Shown piece by piece: positions 1 to 64,000 of a stretch of 64,000 bases of DNA; positions within the stretch are counted from its first letter, which is position 1; every line of letters begins with the position of its first letter. The DNA lies in assembly GCF_001194135.2 (NCBI RefSeq), contig NC_068997.1, positions 8,072,392 to 8,136,391 on the forward strand. The letters are read 5' to 3'. The notes beneath the pieces were generated by a model, which had not been told where the DNA came from, did not search any database, and worked only from the letters and a program-made list of their open reading frames with translations. This DNA is from Octopus bimaculoides (Eukaryota). The position numbers and the translations under genes were made by a program.

Positions 1-435
1 TTATCTAATGGAGTAAGATTTGGAAGTGAAGCAATTTAGTACAGTTCCTACATATAATGAGAAAAGTGTTATATGGAAATCAACTGATCTTAATAGTTAT
101 CTCTATTGCTTGTTACTTGTAGCTTATTGACATTCCCGGGAGTTTTTATCAACTAATTACAGGGATAGTCTTAGATTATCAAAGTTTTTCAACTCATTAT
201 ATACCATATCTAAAATCCTGTATTATATATATGTACCCATATTATATGTACTTGGTATTAGGAAGGGTATCCAACTGTAGAAACCATGCAAAATCAGACT
301 GGAACCTGGTGCAGTTCCCTAGCTTACCAGCTCCAATCAAACTGTCTAACCCATGCCAGCATGTAAAGTGGACGTTAAATGATGATGATTATTAACATAA
401 TATTATCCCATTTAGGGACATATTTCTTGAATTAC

Positions 436-7310
<6,875 letters not shown>

Positions 7311-10178
7311 ATTTTCAAATTTATTTTTGTTTTGTCTTCAAACTCTTTCTAGTTAATTTGAATTTTCTTTCTAAAAATACAAAAATAGAGTTTTAAGTGA
7401 GAGTTAATGAAATTAAAAAAAACCTCTCCATATTTATAATAATTTTAAACTTTTCTTAATTCATTTTATCTTTCCTTTTTCAATAAATGAAGCCCTAAGA
7501 CACTCATGTTGAGAAATAAGGTGTGAAAGACAAACAACGAGCATTTATATCTTCTCTATTCTATGCAGCAACGCTGATATTGAATAGGTTTTTTTCAATA
7601 ATGATCTCAGCTGAAAAATATTGAAACAAAAATATTGGCAGGTAGACTTGATTGAAGGAAAGCTCGAAATATGTAACAACTTCTCAGAAAAAAGATTAGC
7701 CATGTGCAAAAGACTCTTGGCGAACTGAAAATCCCTGGAGGCAACATGTAAAAGTAAAAAAAAATGTGATTGCTATAAAAAGAAATTTCAGTCTGTATTC
7801 AGTGACCAAGAATATATTTAAAAAACTGCAAGATTATAAATCATTGAAGAGGAAAAGGGCACAAAAAAATAAAATCCCTGATTAATAATTAAATAAGTGA
7901 CCGAATAAAAAGGAGTATTTTAGAATTTTTAATAAAATAATGAAAGCAAAAATAATCGCTTATTGTTTTTGTAAATATGGCACCCGTACCAGCGTCACAT
8001 AAAAGTTACCATTCAAACATGGCTGATGCCAGTGCTGCTTGACTGGTTTCTAAGCTGGTGGCCCATAAAAAGCACCATTCAAGCATGGCTGATGCCAGTG
8101 CTACCTGACTGGCACTCATGCCAGTGGCACATAAAAAAGCATCTTTTGAGCATGGTCGTGCCAGTGCTACCTGACGGGCTCCTGTGCTGATGGCATATAA
8201 AAAGCACCCACTACACTCTTGGAATGGTTGGCGTTAGGAAGGGCATCCAGCTGTAGAAACCATACCATATCGGATTGAAGCTCGGTACATCCTCCCGGCT
8301 TGCCAGTCCTCAGTCAAACTGTCCAACCCATGCCAGCATGGATAGCAGATGTTAAATGACAACAATGATGATGATTTACATTTTTCAATGCAATACAGAG
8401 ACAGACATATACATACACGTGTTGAATTGTGCCAAACGAATGAGAAAAGAGGCCCCAATACATTTACATTTTGTGAAGTATACAGTTTATTGAAATAATG
8501 TTTTTCCTGTGACTTGAGTCACATTCCTTCAGTGTAGTGCAGCTTGAGTTATTAGGTCACCACTTGTTCAGAACACACCTCTTTAACCTATTTCTGAAAT
8601 TTCACATAAATTCTTTTATTATTAACTTGTTACTACTCTTATGGTCGTTGACTGGCAGACACCAGCTTTTATTCACCTGATGTTTCTAGTAGTTGTTCTG
8701 TTTCTAAAACAATTCACAATAATAATGCTCTGCATTTGTATCTAAGTAAAGAGCTGTTCAATTCAATGTCACTTGTGGAGATTGCAACCAATTCAAGGAT
8801 CAAATGGGATTTGATAGAGTTACTCAGACTGTACAGTTTATTGTCAATCGTCACACATAAAGAAAACACAAAGTCTACATTTTGCGTCTGGAATTTGTTA
8901 CAAGTGCCCAAGTCAGGATTGCAAAACAATTCCATCAAATCAGGAAAAGACAACTGCAAAATGACAGATTCTTGCTATTGTACTTGTGGTGCTTAAAATT
9001 TTAATCATGTCAGAGTTTGTCCTACGAAATGATCGTGTGAGTAAAGTCAATTTTCAGAGATATAATAATGAAATACTTTCACCAAAAACCTAAGTAAATT
9101 GGTAGATGTAAAATCATTGTGGAAATAGATGAATAATTGTTTCCCTGCAACACTGAGAAAATGGAAAAGAAACAGGTAATAATTAAAGGTTACAAATGTG
9201 AAAGGAAAAGAGAATAACTGATGTCAATGAAAGGCAAAAGTGCTTAGGTTTTAATTCCAATTGTTCTGGAAGGGATTACTCCAGGATCTATGATTTAGTC
9301 AGATATATATATAACATCAGAACTTTGGAAACTAAGGATATGATATTAGTATGATAAACCACTTCATAAATTTCACACATCCAAAAAAACTGGAATGTGC
9401 ACAAATTGGGTGGAAGGCATATGGACCAATACAAAAGGTAACCTGAAGACGATAGATGGCACACGGTACCACATGAAAGAATTACCTTGCAGAATTTATA
9501 TGGACTCAAATCTTTGATTAAAAATCATTTTCAATTTCTAGATCCTAGTTGCAACAAATATTTATCCTATATATTACATTATACATATTACAATTAGTCA
9601 TAGATGCTCTCTAAAATTTGGCAGTACCGAATTGTCTAAAATTCAACGTTATTAAATTGTTTAACATCTTGGATATTTTACAATCAGTCATGGACACTGT
9701 GGTTCTCCTGTTGAAAAGATTTGAATAAATTGTCTAAAATTTTGCTAAAAGTTGCCCAACTCTTTCTGTTTTGCCACATTAGGTTTTATTAAAATTAATT
9801 CTTTGAAATGTTTTTTTTAGAAAAATCATTTAAAAAGATGTGGTAGATTTTTTTCAAACATAATACGATTGCATGAAATATGAATAAAAGATGGAATGGT
9901 CATGGGTGAAATGCTTTTGATTTTAAATCTGACAGGTCACAGTTGTCCTGGGTTAAACAACAATAAAGAATAGTAAGAGCCACACTGAGTCAATAAGGAA
10001 TTTTCTACATAGTCACTTGACCTGCTAGAAAGAGAAACTATACTCAATTGTTGGTTAGTCTCTGATCAGAGTGGGGAGGGGGTCTTCCCCTCTCCTCTCA
10101 GTTCCTCGTAATTTTTCACTCTTGACTTTTGTTTTTTCCAGTTTTATGTTACTCTCACATTTTTACAGAATCATTTAT

Positions 10179-10258
<80 letters not shown>

Positions 10259-10624
10259 TGTCAAATCTCAAAAATTACAAAATGGTGCGGAGGAGATCAA
10301 GAAGTTTGACACCACTAATTTTTATTTTTCCTCCCTACTTTATTTTAAACACACACAGCTGGAAAAATACAGTTTTGAGTGGGCTGAATAATTTCCAATT
10401 CTATTGTATAGGAATGACAAACGCAAACCAGGCTTGGGCAAACTCTAGAAATGAATGAAAACAGTAAAGCAAATATGTAAACTATGTGAGGTCGTCTGTG
10501 TAGCACTTGTGGTGAAAGAAATAGCAGATAAATCTTCCTCAAAGTACATCTTTCCATCAGGATTGGATTAAGTGTCAGGTTTTAGCATAGTGCAAATAGC
10601 GCAGCTGTACCAGCCCTCTACTCA

Positions 10625-10870
10625 CCATAAATGAAAATAAACAAACAGATATATTTATAAACAAGGGTGAAGCTTTTAGAATAGGCGTCGCTCAAAGTCT
10701 CATACTTCGTGGAAAAGGAAATAGATAGTTTCCCCAGTCTTTCATTTGTTTTAGTATTCTTGTGTTTCCTATAACGGAACTTACAAAACAGCCCTTTTCT
10801 TTCTTCTTGAAGCAGTGATAACAATTCCGAAAGTCTGCCGATTAGCACCCGTCATGTCTTACCGAAATTT
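10625..10870 (-). promoter_or_regulatory. Cluster of strong minus-strand splice donors; candidate 5'UTR first exon(s) of gene B
   Basis: CG|gtaaga (10862), TT|gtaagt (10784) and TG|gtgagt (10625) in locally CpG-containing sequence upstream of the acceptor at 7371. Confidence 0.35.
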
Positions 10871-10979
10871 ATTTCCAAATATTCCAATGTTTTTTAAAAC
10901 ATTTTCACTCCTCTCTCCCATACTTATTTCCAAATATTCCAATGTTTTTAAAAACATTTTCACTCCTCTCTCCCATACT
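10869..10979. repeat. ~55-bp tandem duplication (2 copies)
   Basis: TTATTTCCAAATATTCCAATGTTTTT..AAACATTTT..CACTCCTCTCTCCCATAC twice, nearly identical. Confidence 0.9.
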
Positions 10980-11229
10980 ATTTTCTTTTCCTATGTGTTA
11001 TGGAACTTCGAAGGACAGTTGTCCCAACTCTTTATCTAAAGAATCCTATGAAAAATTACTGTTTATTTATTAACAATAAAAGGATGACGCAAATATACTA
11101 AAAATATTGGGGGGTGGGGAAATTACAGCATATACCCTATATTGAGATGGACAGTTACAAAACTCTGATATTAAAAAAAATTGGGAAAAAAGTTGAACTT
11201 TTGGGATTTATGGGGGGAAAGTTTTAAAA

Positions 11230-11352
11230 TATTAAAAAGAAATTTTTTTTCTTTCATAATTATATGAATCCTTGTGAGTTAAACACAAATTCGCAAAAAT
11301 TTTCTGAAAATTAAAAAAAATAAAGTTATGAGATGTTAGATTTCCCCTTTAA
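11230..11352. mobile_element. Possible DNA-transposon end (TTAA-flanked, Kolobok/piggyBac-like)
   Basis: Ends TTTCCCCTTTAA with a CTCATAACTTT-type internal motif on the minus strand; no partner end found. Confidence 0.3.
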
Positions 11353-12229
11353 ATAAATTATTTGATTTTCATGAAATAAAGGGACATATATTTCAATTAT
11401 ATAAATATAGTGTTCTGCTAAATAGATGGGCTGTGAAAATTAGTTAAATCGAACAGGAGTTCGAGTCTCGGATTAATTTGCAATAAATAAGACTAAACAA
11501 ATATTGCCAAATTTAAAGAATTTCATAAATTATATCTACAGTCTCGCTACATGTTAAAAGTTTCTCATATTGCTTACTGTTAGTGTTAGATAATATTTTT
11601 AAATAAGTTACAGTTCATATAGCTATGGAATTTAGCCTGGGAAAGAACTTGTTAAAGAATAAGTTTTTAATCTAATATTTATCATTCATTGCTTAATTAT
11701 ATCTTGATATCGCATCATAAAGTGTAAACATCGAGGGGTTTATTAGTACTGAACTTTGTTTAGGCCTTAAGCTTTAGGGTTAACTTTTAATCGGCTTTGA
11801 CAACTGTCTTAAAAAGAACACACTGAGGCGGAGAAAGTTCACCGACATCGGATAATTTAGTCCAAGTGACAAAAAAAAAAAACCCCAATGTTTTTGTTAT
11901 TGGAATACTCGAATAACGCCGGTTTAGGGGCTAACAATAACAACAGGAATATAATCAACTTATACATACTGCTACACGCCAGATACAACATACAGAGACG
12001 TTCACAAACTCATTTTTTTCCTACTCATGTGACCTGATAAGAAATGACGATCAAATTCTAAGTAATCCAAACAAACACGCCCATTTACTTTATTTAGGAA
12101 ACTATCCAGAAGTTCCTTTCTAGAAAACAATCTGGTCAAAATATTTTTACATACTCTCACATTATAAAGCTTTTGGTATTTATTTGTTTTATTTATGTTT
12201 ACTGCACCAAAAAGGAAAAAAAAAGAAAA

Positions 12230-12725
12230 GGGGGGGAGGATATTGCAGGCGTACGCGAAAGTACTGTAGCAACCACTTTGACATCGTAAGCGAAAAGTAA
12301 ACATGACACAATTTTGGTTTCTGAGAATATATTTAAGAATTGGAAACGACCAGATTATAACACGATACAAAATTATATAAAACAAAAAATACCTCGTTTC
12401 AATCAATAAACCAAGAAATTTTCAATGATTTTTCTTTTGTATACAGCTTTAAAACGTCTACCAAGTATCACCACATCACGACAAAACAAGTAATGCGGAA
12501 GTGTCGTGCCAAGAACGAAAACGAAACAAAATTTCCAGGATAGAGGGAAGATAAGTGTCCCGTTTCGATCCTACAAAACAGCAATCTTAATATTTCCGAT
12601 GAATTTACCATCACATGGAGAATTTGCATGACATGTCCAAAGTATAAGGCCGCGTGGTCATACAATACAATACACACACGCCCTCTCTCTCTCTCTCATA
12701 CACACACAAGCGCGCACGTGTGTAT
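12230..12725. promoter_or_regulatory. CpG-enriched candidate promoter region between genes A and B
   Basis: Visibly higher CpG density than flanks; GCGGAAGTG (ETS-like) at 12495-12503; CGCGCACGTG (E-box) at 12711-12720. Confidence 0.35.
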
Positions 12726-13003
12726 AGATATGTAAATATGCATAATACATATGTATATGTGTGTGTGTGTGTACATATATACACACATATATAGGAACTA
12801 ATACATCTGTTTGTTGTTTACACGCCTATCTTCGTCTTTTTTTTTGTAAATTCCAGCTATATATATATATATATGTGTTTGTGTGTCTGTGTTTGTCCCT
12901 CCACCATCGCTTGACAACCGATGCTGGAGTGTTTACGTGCCCATAACTTAGCGGTTCGGCAAAAAGAGACCGATAGAATAAGTACTGGGCTTACAAAGAA
13001 TAT

Positions 13004-13486
13004 NNNNNNNNNNNNNNNNNNNNNNNNNNNNNNNNNNNNNNNNNNNNNNNNNNNNNNNNNNNNNNNNNNNNNNNNNNNNNNNNNNNNNNNNNNNNNNNNN
13101 NNNNNNNNNNNNNNNNNNNNNNNNNNNNNNNNNNNNNNNNNNNNNNNNNNNNNNNNNNNNNNNNNNNNNNNNNNNNNNNNNNNNNNNNNNNNNNNNNNNN
13201 NNNNNNNNNNNNNNNNNNNNNNNNNNNNNNNNNNNNNNNNNNNNNNNNNNNNNNNNNNNNNNNNNNNNNNNNNNNNNNNNNNNNNNNNNNNNNNNNNNNN
13301 NNNNNNNNNNNNNNNNNNNNNNNNNNNNNNNNNNNNNNNNNNNNNNNNNNNNNNNNNNNNNNNNNNNNNNNNNNNNNNNNNNNNNNNNNNNNNNNNNNNN
13401 NNNNNNNNNNNNNNNNNNNNNNNNNNNNNNNNNNNNNNNNNNNNNNNNNNNNNNNNNNNNNNNNNNNNNNNNNNNNNNNNNNNNNA
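13004..13486. other. Assembly gap (N run); other gaps at ~22482, 22812, 23729-23832, 40436-40907 and 62707-62772
   Basis: Direct reading. Confidence 0.95.
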
Positions 13487-13780
13487 AGTAGCTTGCTTAC
13501 CAACCACATGGTTCCGGGTTCAGTCCCACTGCGTGGCACCTTGGGCAAGTGTCTTCTACTATAGCCTCGGGCCGACCAAAGCCTTGTGAGTGGATTTAGT
13601 AGACGGAAATTGAAAGAAGCCCGTCGTATATATGTATATATATATATATATGTGTTTGTGTGTCTGTGTTTGTCCCTCCACCATCGCTTGACAACCGATG
13701 CTGGAGTGTTTACGTGCCCATAACTTAGCGGTTCGGCAAAAAGAGACCGATAGAATAAGTACTGGGCTTACAAAGAATAT
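13487..13780 (+). mobile_element. tRNA-derived CORE-type SINE (octopus OR2-like)
   Basis: GGTTCAGTCCC box-B-like and GGCACCTTGGGCAAGTGTCTT CORE-like segment, internal (TA/TG)n. Related copies at ~32400-32570 (+), 53530-53820 (-), 60830-61105 (-) and 20130-20350 (3' part). Confidence 0.85.
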
Positions 13781-14473
13781 ATATATATATCCTCACCATC
13801 ATGCTTCAGTGTCTAGTTTGGCAGGTTGTTTGATGGTTAGATGCCCTTTGTAATGCCAACCATGTTACTGCATATACTGGCTGTATTCCTGTACCACCAG
13901 CACTAGTTAGGCTGAAACTTGCAAAACAATGAACCTAAGAGGGGCTGGTTTATGTTAGGATATGAGGGGTTAAATGCGGAGAGAAAGGGCCACAGCAGAA
14001 AATACTCCTTGCAGTAAACGAACTCCCTGTTTGTTTACTTTATAAGAGAAGGTGGGGGTGGAAAGAGATGAAAATAGTGGTGATGAAGTGTTTGAGTGGA
14101 CACTCAAGATGAATAGAAGAGAACAGGAACAAGGGCTGTGGGTGGGATTTCAAGGGTGCATGGGAGAATTACAGTTGAGGAATCACTGAGGGAAAGTAGG
14201 TGACAACTGTGAAGACTGGGCACAGCTGAAGGGTAGATGTAGCAAATGGGGGATAAGGGTGGGGAATGCCAATTGATGTATGTGTCCGGGAAGGTAGGCA
14301 AAGAAAAGGAAGACTGGACAATGTGTAAGGATGTGGGTGTGTATGTGTGTTTGTGTATGGGCTTGTGCTCAACTAGGTAAGCAGAAAAATACGCAGACAA
14401 ATAGATGGATTGATATCTTTATTATTCTAATTAACTTTAATGTAATAAAAAATTAATAAACATAAAGTTACAT

Positions 14474-14620
14474 TTCTGAATATTTTTACTATTTCAGAAG
14501 AATAAAAGTGAAAAAGATTTCTGAATATCATTATTATTTTAGAACCTGTAAAAGTAAAATAACATATCAGACTATTTTTAATATTTTAGAAGAATAAAGG
14601 TAAAAAGATTTCTGAATATT
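14474..14620. repeat. Degenerate ~45-bp AT-rich tandem repeat (~3 units)
   Basis: TTTCTGAATAT...TTTAGAAGAATAAA.G..AAAAGA recurring. Confidence 0.6.
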
Positions 14621-15030
14621 AAATGTAGTAAATGTTAATTATATGGTAATCTGATTATATATCGTGGAATTCTCAATAAGTTGGTTAGGCTCCATCACTA
14701 ATTCCAAAGTTTTATCTCTTTATCTTTTACTTCAGATTCTTGTATTTACCTGACAGGTAGTAAATTATATGTTAATATATTACATTAAGATATTGGATTA
14801 GATATAGGATTAAAATATTTGGCATATACATTACTTTTTTTATTTTAGAATTTATTTCTGTGTTGCTACGTTTTGTTAATATTAGTAACTAATTGATACT
14901 TTAAGTGCAGTAAATGGTAATTTTATAGTTATATGGTTATATAGAGGTGATATAGTGGGCAGGATTCTCCTGAAGTTGGTAAGTTCATGTTTCGTTAGAT
15001 TCAGGAAAGTCTTCTCCAAGAGCTATTTCG

Positions 15031-60229
<45,199 letters not shown>

Positions 60230-60675
60230 TGCTTTCTCTTCAATATTTTATGTTCCTATAATCTGAAAATAAAATAATATTTTGAATAAACGAGAATTAA
60301 AAAAAAATGAACTCAAATTTAATAGTAATTTCTGATTTGATATTTCGTAAATTCTTTTTTTTTTTTTATTATTATTTTTCTTCATCTGCTAATGTACACA
60401 TAAAAACACACATTTCGTGTGGAGTGAAAATTTCCAAAGAGAAGCTAGACATTGACTCCAGTACTTGACCAGCATTTATTTTATCAATACCGAAAGAATG
60501 AAAGACAAAGTGAACTTCAATGGGATTTGAACCCAGAACGTAAATTCAGATGAAATACTGGTTAGCATTTAGTCCAGCGTGTTAATGATTCTACCAGCAT
60601 GCACCTTGTGTGTGCCTTTTGACTATAAAGCCATACCTACAACCGTGGGAAGGCACACGTGTGCATACACACATA

Positions 60676-60716
<41 letters not shown>

Positions 60717-60829
60717 TCATGTGTGTATGTCTGTGTGTGTGTGCATGCGTTTGTGTGTGTTTCTGTATGTGCGTACTCAAGAGGTATTTGATGACATATT
60801 TAGTTATTTAATAAAATGACTCTTATCTA

Positions 60830-61105
60830 GTACTCCTTGTACTTACTCTACCGGTCACTTTTAGTGAACTATTATGTTGCAGGGTCATAAAAAATCTAAC
60901 ATTGATTGTCAAGTGACAGCGGGGGTACACACACGCACGCACACCACACACACACAACACACATGCACAAAACATTTTCAGTTTCCGTCCACCAAATCCA
61001 CTCACAAGGCTTTGGTCGGCCTGAGTCTATTGTAGAAGACACTTGCCCAAGGTGCCACGTAGTGAGAATGAACCCGGAACCATGTAGTTGTGAAGTAAAC
61101 TTATG
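60830..61105 (-). mobile_element. CORE-type SINE copy
   Basis: Same family motifs in reverse orientation. Confidence 0.85.
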
Positions 61106-61489
61106 CACAGAAGCATTATTTCCGTCTGCTCGCTCAATTTAAGTTTACAATACTTTTTCAGTTATATCAAGGGAAATAACTCTCAAATCTTAACCAGTAA
61201 GATATATATTTCTTTTCATTTTTTGGGTTCCGTTTTCCGATTCTCTGATATCTTGATGTGCGGCTCCACCTTTGCTCTTCTGTCGGTCTGGATGTAAAGA
61301 GTTGTATATTACTCGCACAAATACATACATACACACACACATACACATTATATATACCAAAGCTTGGGTGTGTGTGTGTGTGTGTGTGTGTAAAGTTGAT
61401 GAGAAAAAGTGTACACTCGAAATATGTATTCAAGAGGGCATTAGTTTAACACCATATTCTATTGATCTTTTTAATTTCAAATAAAATAT

Positions 61490-63535
61490 ATTTTAAAAAA
61501 TCGAATGAAATTAACAATACAAGGACAATACAAATGAAGCGATGATCAGGCCACGCTCCGACCCCACAAGCCCCGATCTATCGGTGGTACCTTTTTTATT
61601 CGTTTTTTTTTCCGTCTATTCACACGGTTCCTTGCACGCACAACACTCGTGCAACATGCTTCCATCTCTTTTGGAACGTACACTCCGACAGACATCTCTT
61701 CTCCAGCCACACCTTCCTTTTCAAATGAAAAGTAAAAAATGATAGTAAATTGTGGCCAGAGATAAAGTTGCCTGTCTTAATTCCTTTTATCCTAGTCTTC
61801 CATACTACCTCTTTCGCTATTTCTACAACCGTAAGAAAACAATTCTTACCTTCGTTTGTTAAAACTGCCGGTGAGTCAATTTTTATAATTGACTCAGTCG
61901 ACAGCTGTACTCTTCCTTCGCCGGACAATAGGTGTTCAGCATAAGCCCACATTTCAGATATCTCCGGATACTGAACAATAACGTGAGGGACGGTTTCCCT
62001 GTCTCCCCCGCATCTTGGACAGGTCGGCGACTGACGCTTACCGTGTCTTGCGAGCTTATCCCAAACGGGCAAGGTACCTCTGTAGCATTGCTAAGTTAAG
62101 GACTTTTGGAAGTTGTCCAACGTTCTCAACCCGAATGTACGGTGAAACAGGCTGTCCAGTTGAATAAACCCGAGACCTAGAGTCGCCCCCAGGCCATCGT
62201 CGCATTCAGATTCTACCAACCGACTATATAAAATCCGTGTGGAACCCCCACCGCTGGCGTTGCCCGAGCGCCGGAAAAGCAAGAGGGCCTTACGACACTG
62301 TTTATGCCATTCACTCGACCTCGGTCTACGAGAACACCAGGCTTCCTGTTCGCAAAAACGTTTGAACTCGGGCAACATTTGTCTGGCCAGCGGAGACCAC
62401 ACTCGTTCAATAACCAGGAGAATCCAGAGGTGCCTCAATCTCAACGCATACCTGCGCATCATTAACCAAGGCATCCCTAAACCTCCCTTTAAAGGCTTTT
62501 GACAGCAGACAGAGCGTTTCATAAGTGGCGACCTGCACTTCCACAAAAAGCGAAAGAGCTGTCTCTCCAAACTGATCAACCACGAATCCGGACAAGGCAC
62601 GACGGTTAGGCGGTAGGTAATGACCGATGCGATAAACACATTGGCCACCTCTGCCCTCCCTTTCAGGGATAGCCACCGCCAAGACCAGGTCTTGACTACT
62701 GCAACCNNNNNNNNNNNNNNNNNNNNNNNNNNNNNNNNNNNNNNNNNNNNNNNNNNNNNNNNNNNNNNNNNNGATAGTGATATCATCCGCGTAAGCCGTA
62801 ACAAACTTCTCTAGACCTGGTTCTCTCGGAATGCCACTCAACCTTCGCAGTAGTGGCTCGAGAGCTACCACATGCAAAAGCGGTGAGAGCGGACATCCTT
62901 GACGAACCGAGCGTCTGATAGAGAACGGTTTCGAAAGGAAACCGTTCACCCGAACTATCGAGTCAATGTTGTGTTACAAAGCAATAAACCACCTGAGGAA
63001 GCCTAGGCCGAGGTATCGATGGTCAACCCTATCAAAAGCTTTAGACTGGTCCAAATGTACCAATGCCCCACCTTTGCCAGATTGATTACCAACCCTCTAT
63101 GGTATAGCGAATAAGATGGAGGGTATCCTGAATGGTTCTGCCTGGGATGGCACATGTCTGTGCCCCCCCCCCCGACTATACCATTCATGACACGCGTCAA
63201 CCTTTTCGCTAAGACCTTGACCAAAATCTTCACTTCTGCGTTTAACAGAGTGATGGGCCTGAAATTCTCTATAACGTCCCCTTGTCCGGATCCTTTCTGA
63301 CCAACGTCACTACTCCCCGGCTCACAGATCTAGGGATAAACCTATTCTGTTGCCAGTTCGCGTAAACGTCAGCCAGTAGATGCCCGAACAAGACCAGGTC
63401 TTGACTACTGCAGCCACCCTGCTCAATACCTCCGTCCAGTTCTTCTCGGTTTCTTTTTAGTAGGACCAACATCTCACCCTCATCTCCCGCCTGACTCGGA
63501 GAAACGTATTTCTCATAGCCGTTCAGGAAGGGGGA
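61490..63535 (-). mobile_element. Tx1/L1-clade LINE ORF2 fragment (RT, post-RT, C-terminal zinc-knuckle region), 5'-truncated and rearranged
   Basis: RPITLLN, LDQSKAFDRVDH, SVRQGCPLSPLL, AYADDIT, LSLKGR, GGLGMP, CPRCGGDRETVPH; frameshifts and a 66-N gap. Confidence 0.92.
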
Positions 63536-63931
63536 CAGATCTCTTGGCCCCTTTATCTATATATATATATATTCTGTAAACAATAATGATTTCAAACTTT
63601 TGCCACAAGGGCTGCTTGGAAGAGGGGATTATGTCAATTACATCGACCCCCACCTCCAGTACTTAGCTATATATATATAGATGGACAGGGACAACTGATG
63701 AAGGAGAAGATTCTTTATGTTGCATGTCTCGTTTCTCTGTTTGTTTTTTTTTCGTTGTTCGAAAAATAGTTCGTTTTTTGTTTTCGTTTCTCATTGTGTT
63801 TAACGTTTTTTTTTTTTGTGTGTGTGATGTCCTGTACCCATATATGCATGTATCTATACATATAGATGTATGTACATATATGTATGGATATATGCATATT
63901 ATTATATATTATTTATATTATTATTATTACC

Positions 63932-63971
<40 letters not shown>

Positions 63972-64000
63972 AAAAGATAAGAGTGAAAAAACTACCGAAG

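Noticed and set aside
8714-9060. Cys-containing short frames (CYKCPSQDC, CYCTCGA) suggesting an IBR or transposon Cys domain
   Set aside because: The motifs lie in different frames separated by stops, with no convincing family match; left unexplained.
11450-11480. GAGTTCGAGTCTC box-B-like motif (also at ~51447)
   Set aside because: No cloverleaf or box A; not a tRNA gene.
12866-13780. Exact ~140-bp duplication on both sides of the 13004-13486 gap
   Set aside because: Identical SINE 3' half flanking an N-gap; most likely overlapping contig ends, not a biological duplication.

Overview
AT-rich, microsatellite- and retroposon-dense animal genomic DNA with scaffold N-gaps. The repeat families (tRNA-derived SINEs, a CORE-type SINE, RTE LINEs with (GAT)n tails) point to a coleoid cephalopod, probably Octopus; this is inference, not a database hit. 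The main content is a complete TRPM-family cation channel gene on the minus strand. I reconstructed it by hand as 28 coding exons (ATG at 60229, TAA at 15031; 3294 nt, 1097 aa), with GT-AG junctions and consistent phases throughout. It covers MHR1-4/SLOG, pre-S1, S1-S6, the TRP helix and a coiled coil. It has a YGELFLEE filter and an intact S2-S3 Ca2+-site signature, but no C-terminal NUDT9-H or kinase domain, and its N-terminal ADP-ribose pocket looks partly degenerate. Downstream on the same strand lie the first coding exons of a second, tandem TRPM paralog (ATG 7310), recognised by a homologous 41-nt exon at 436-476; it runs off the left edge. Introns hold RTE (at least 3 families), Tx1/L1-like, CR1/Jockey-like, Penelope-like, possible HERO/R2-group, Tc1/mariner and piggyBac-like MITE remnants. 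No rRNA, tRNA or CRISPR array is supported. Most ORFs in the supplied track are microsatellite or antisense-TE artefacts.
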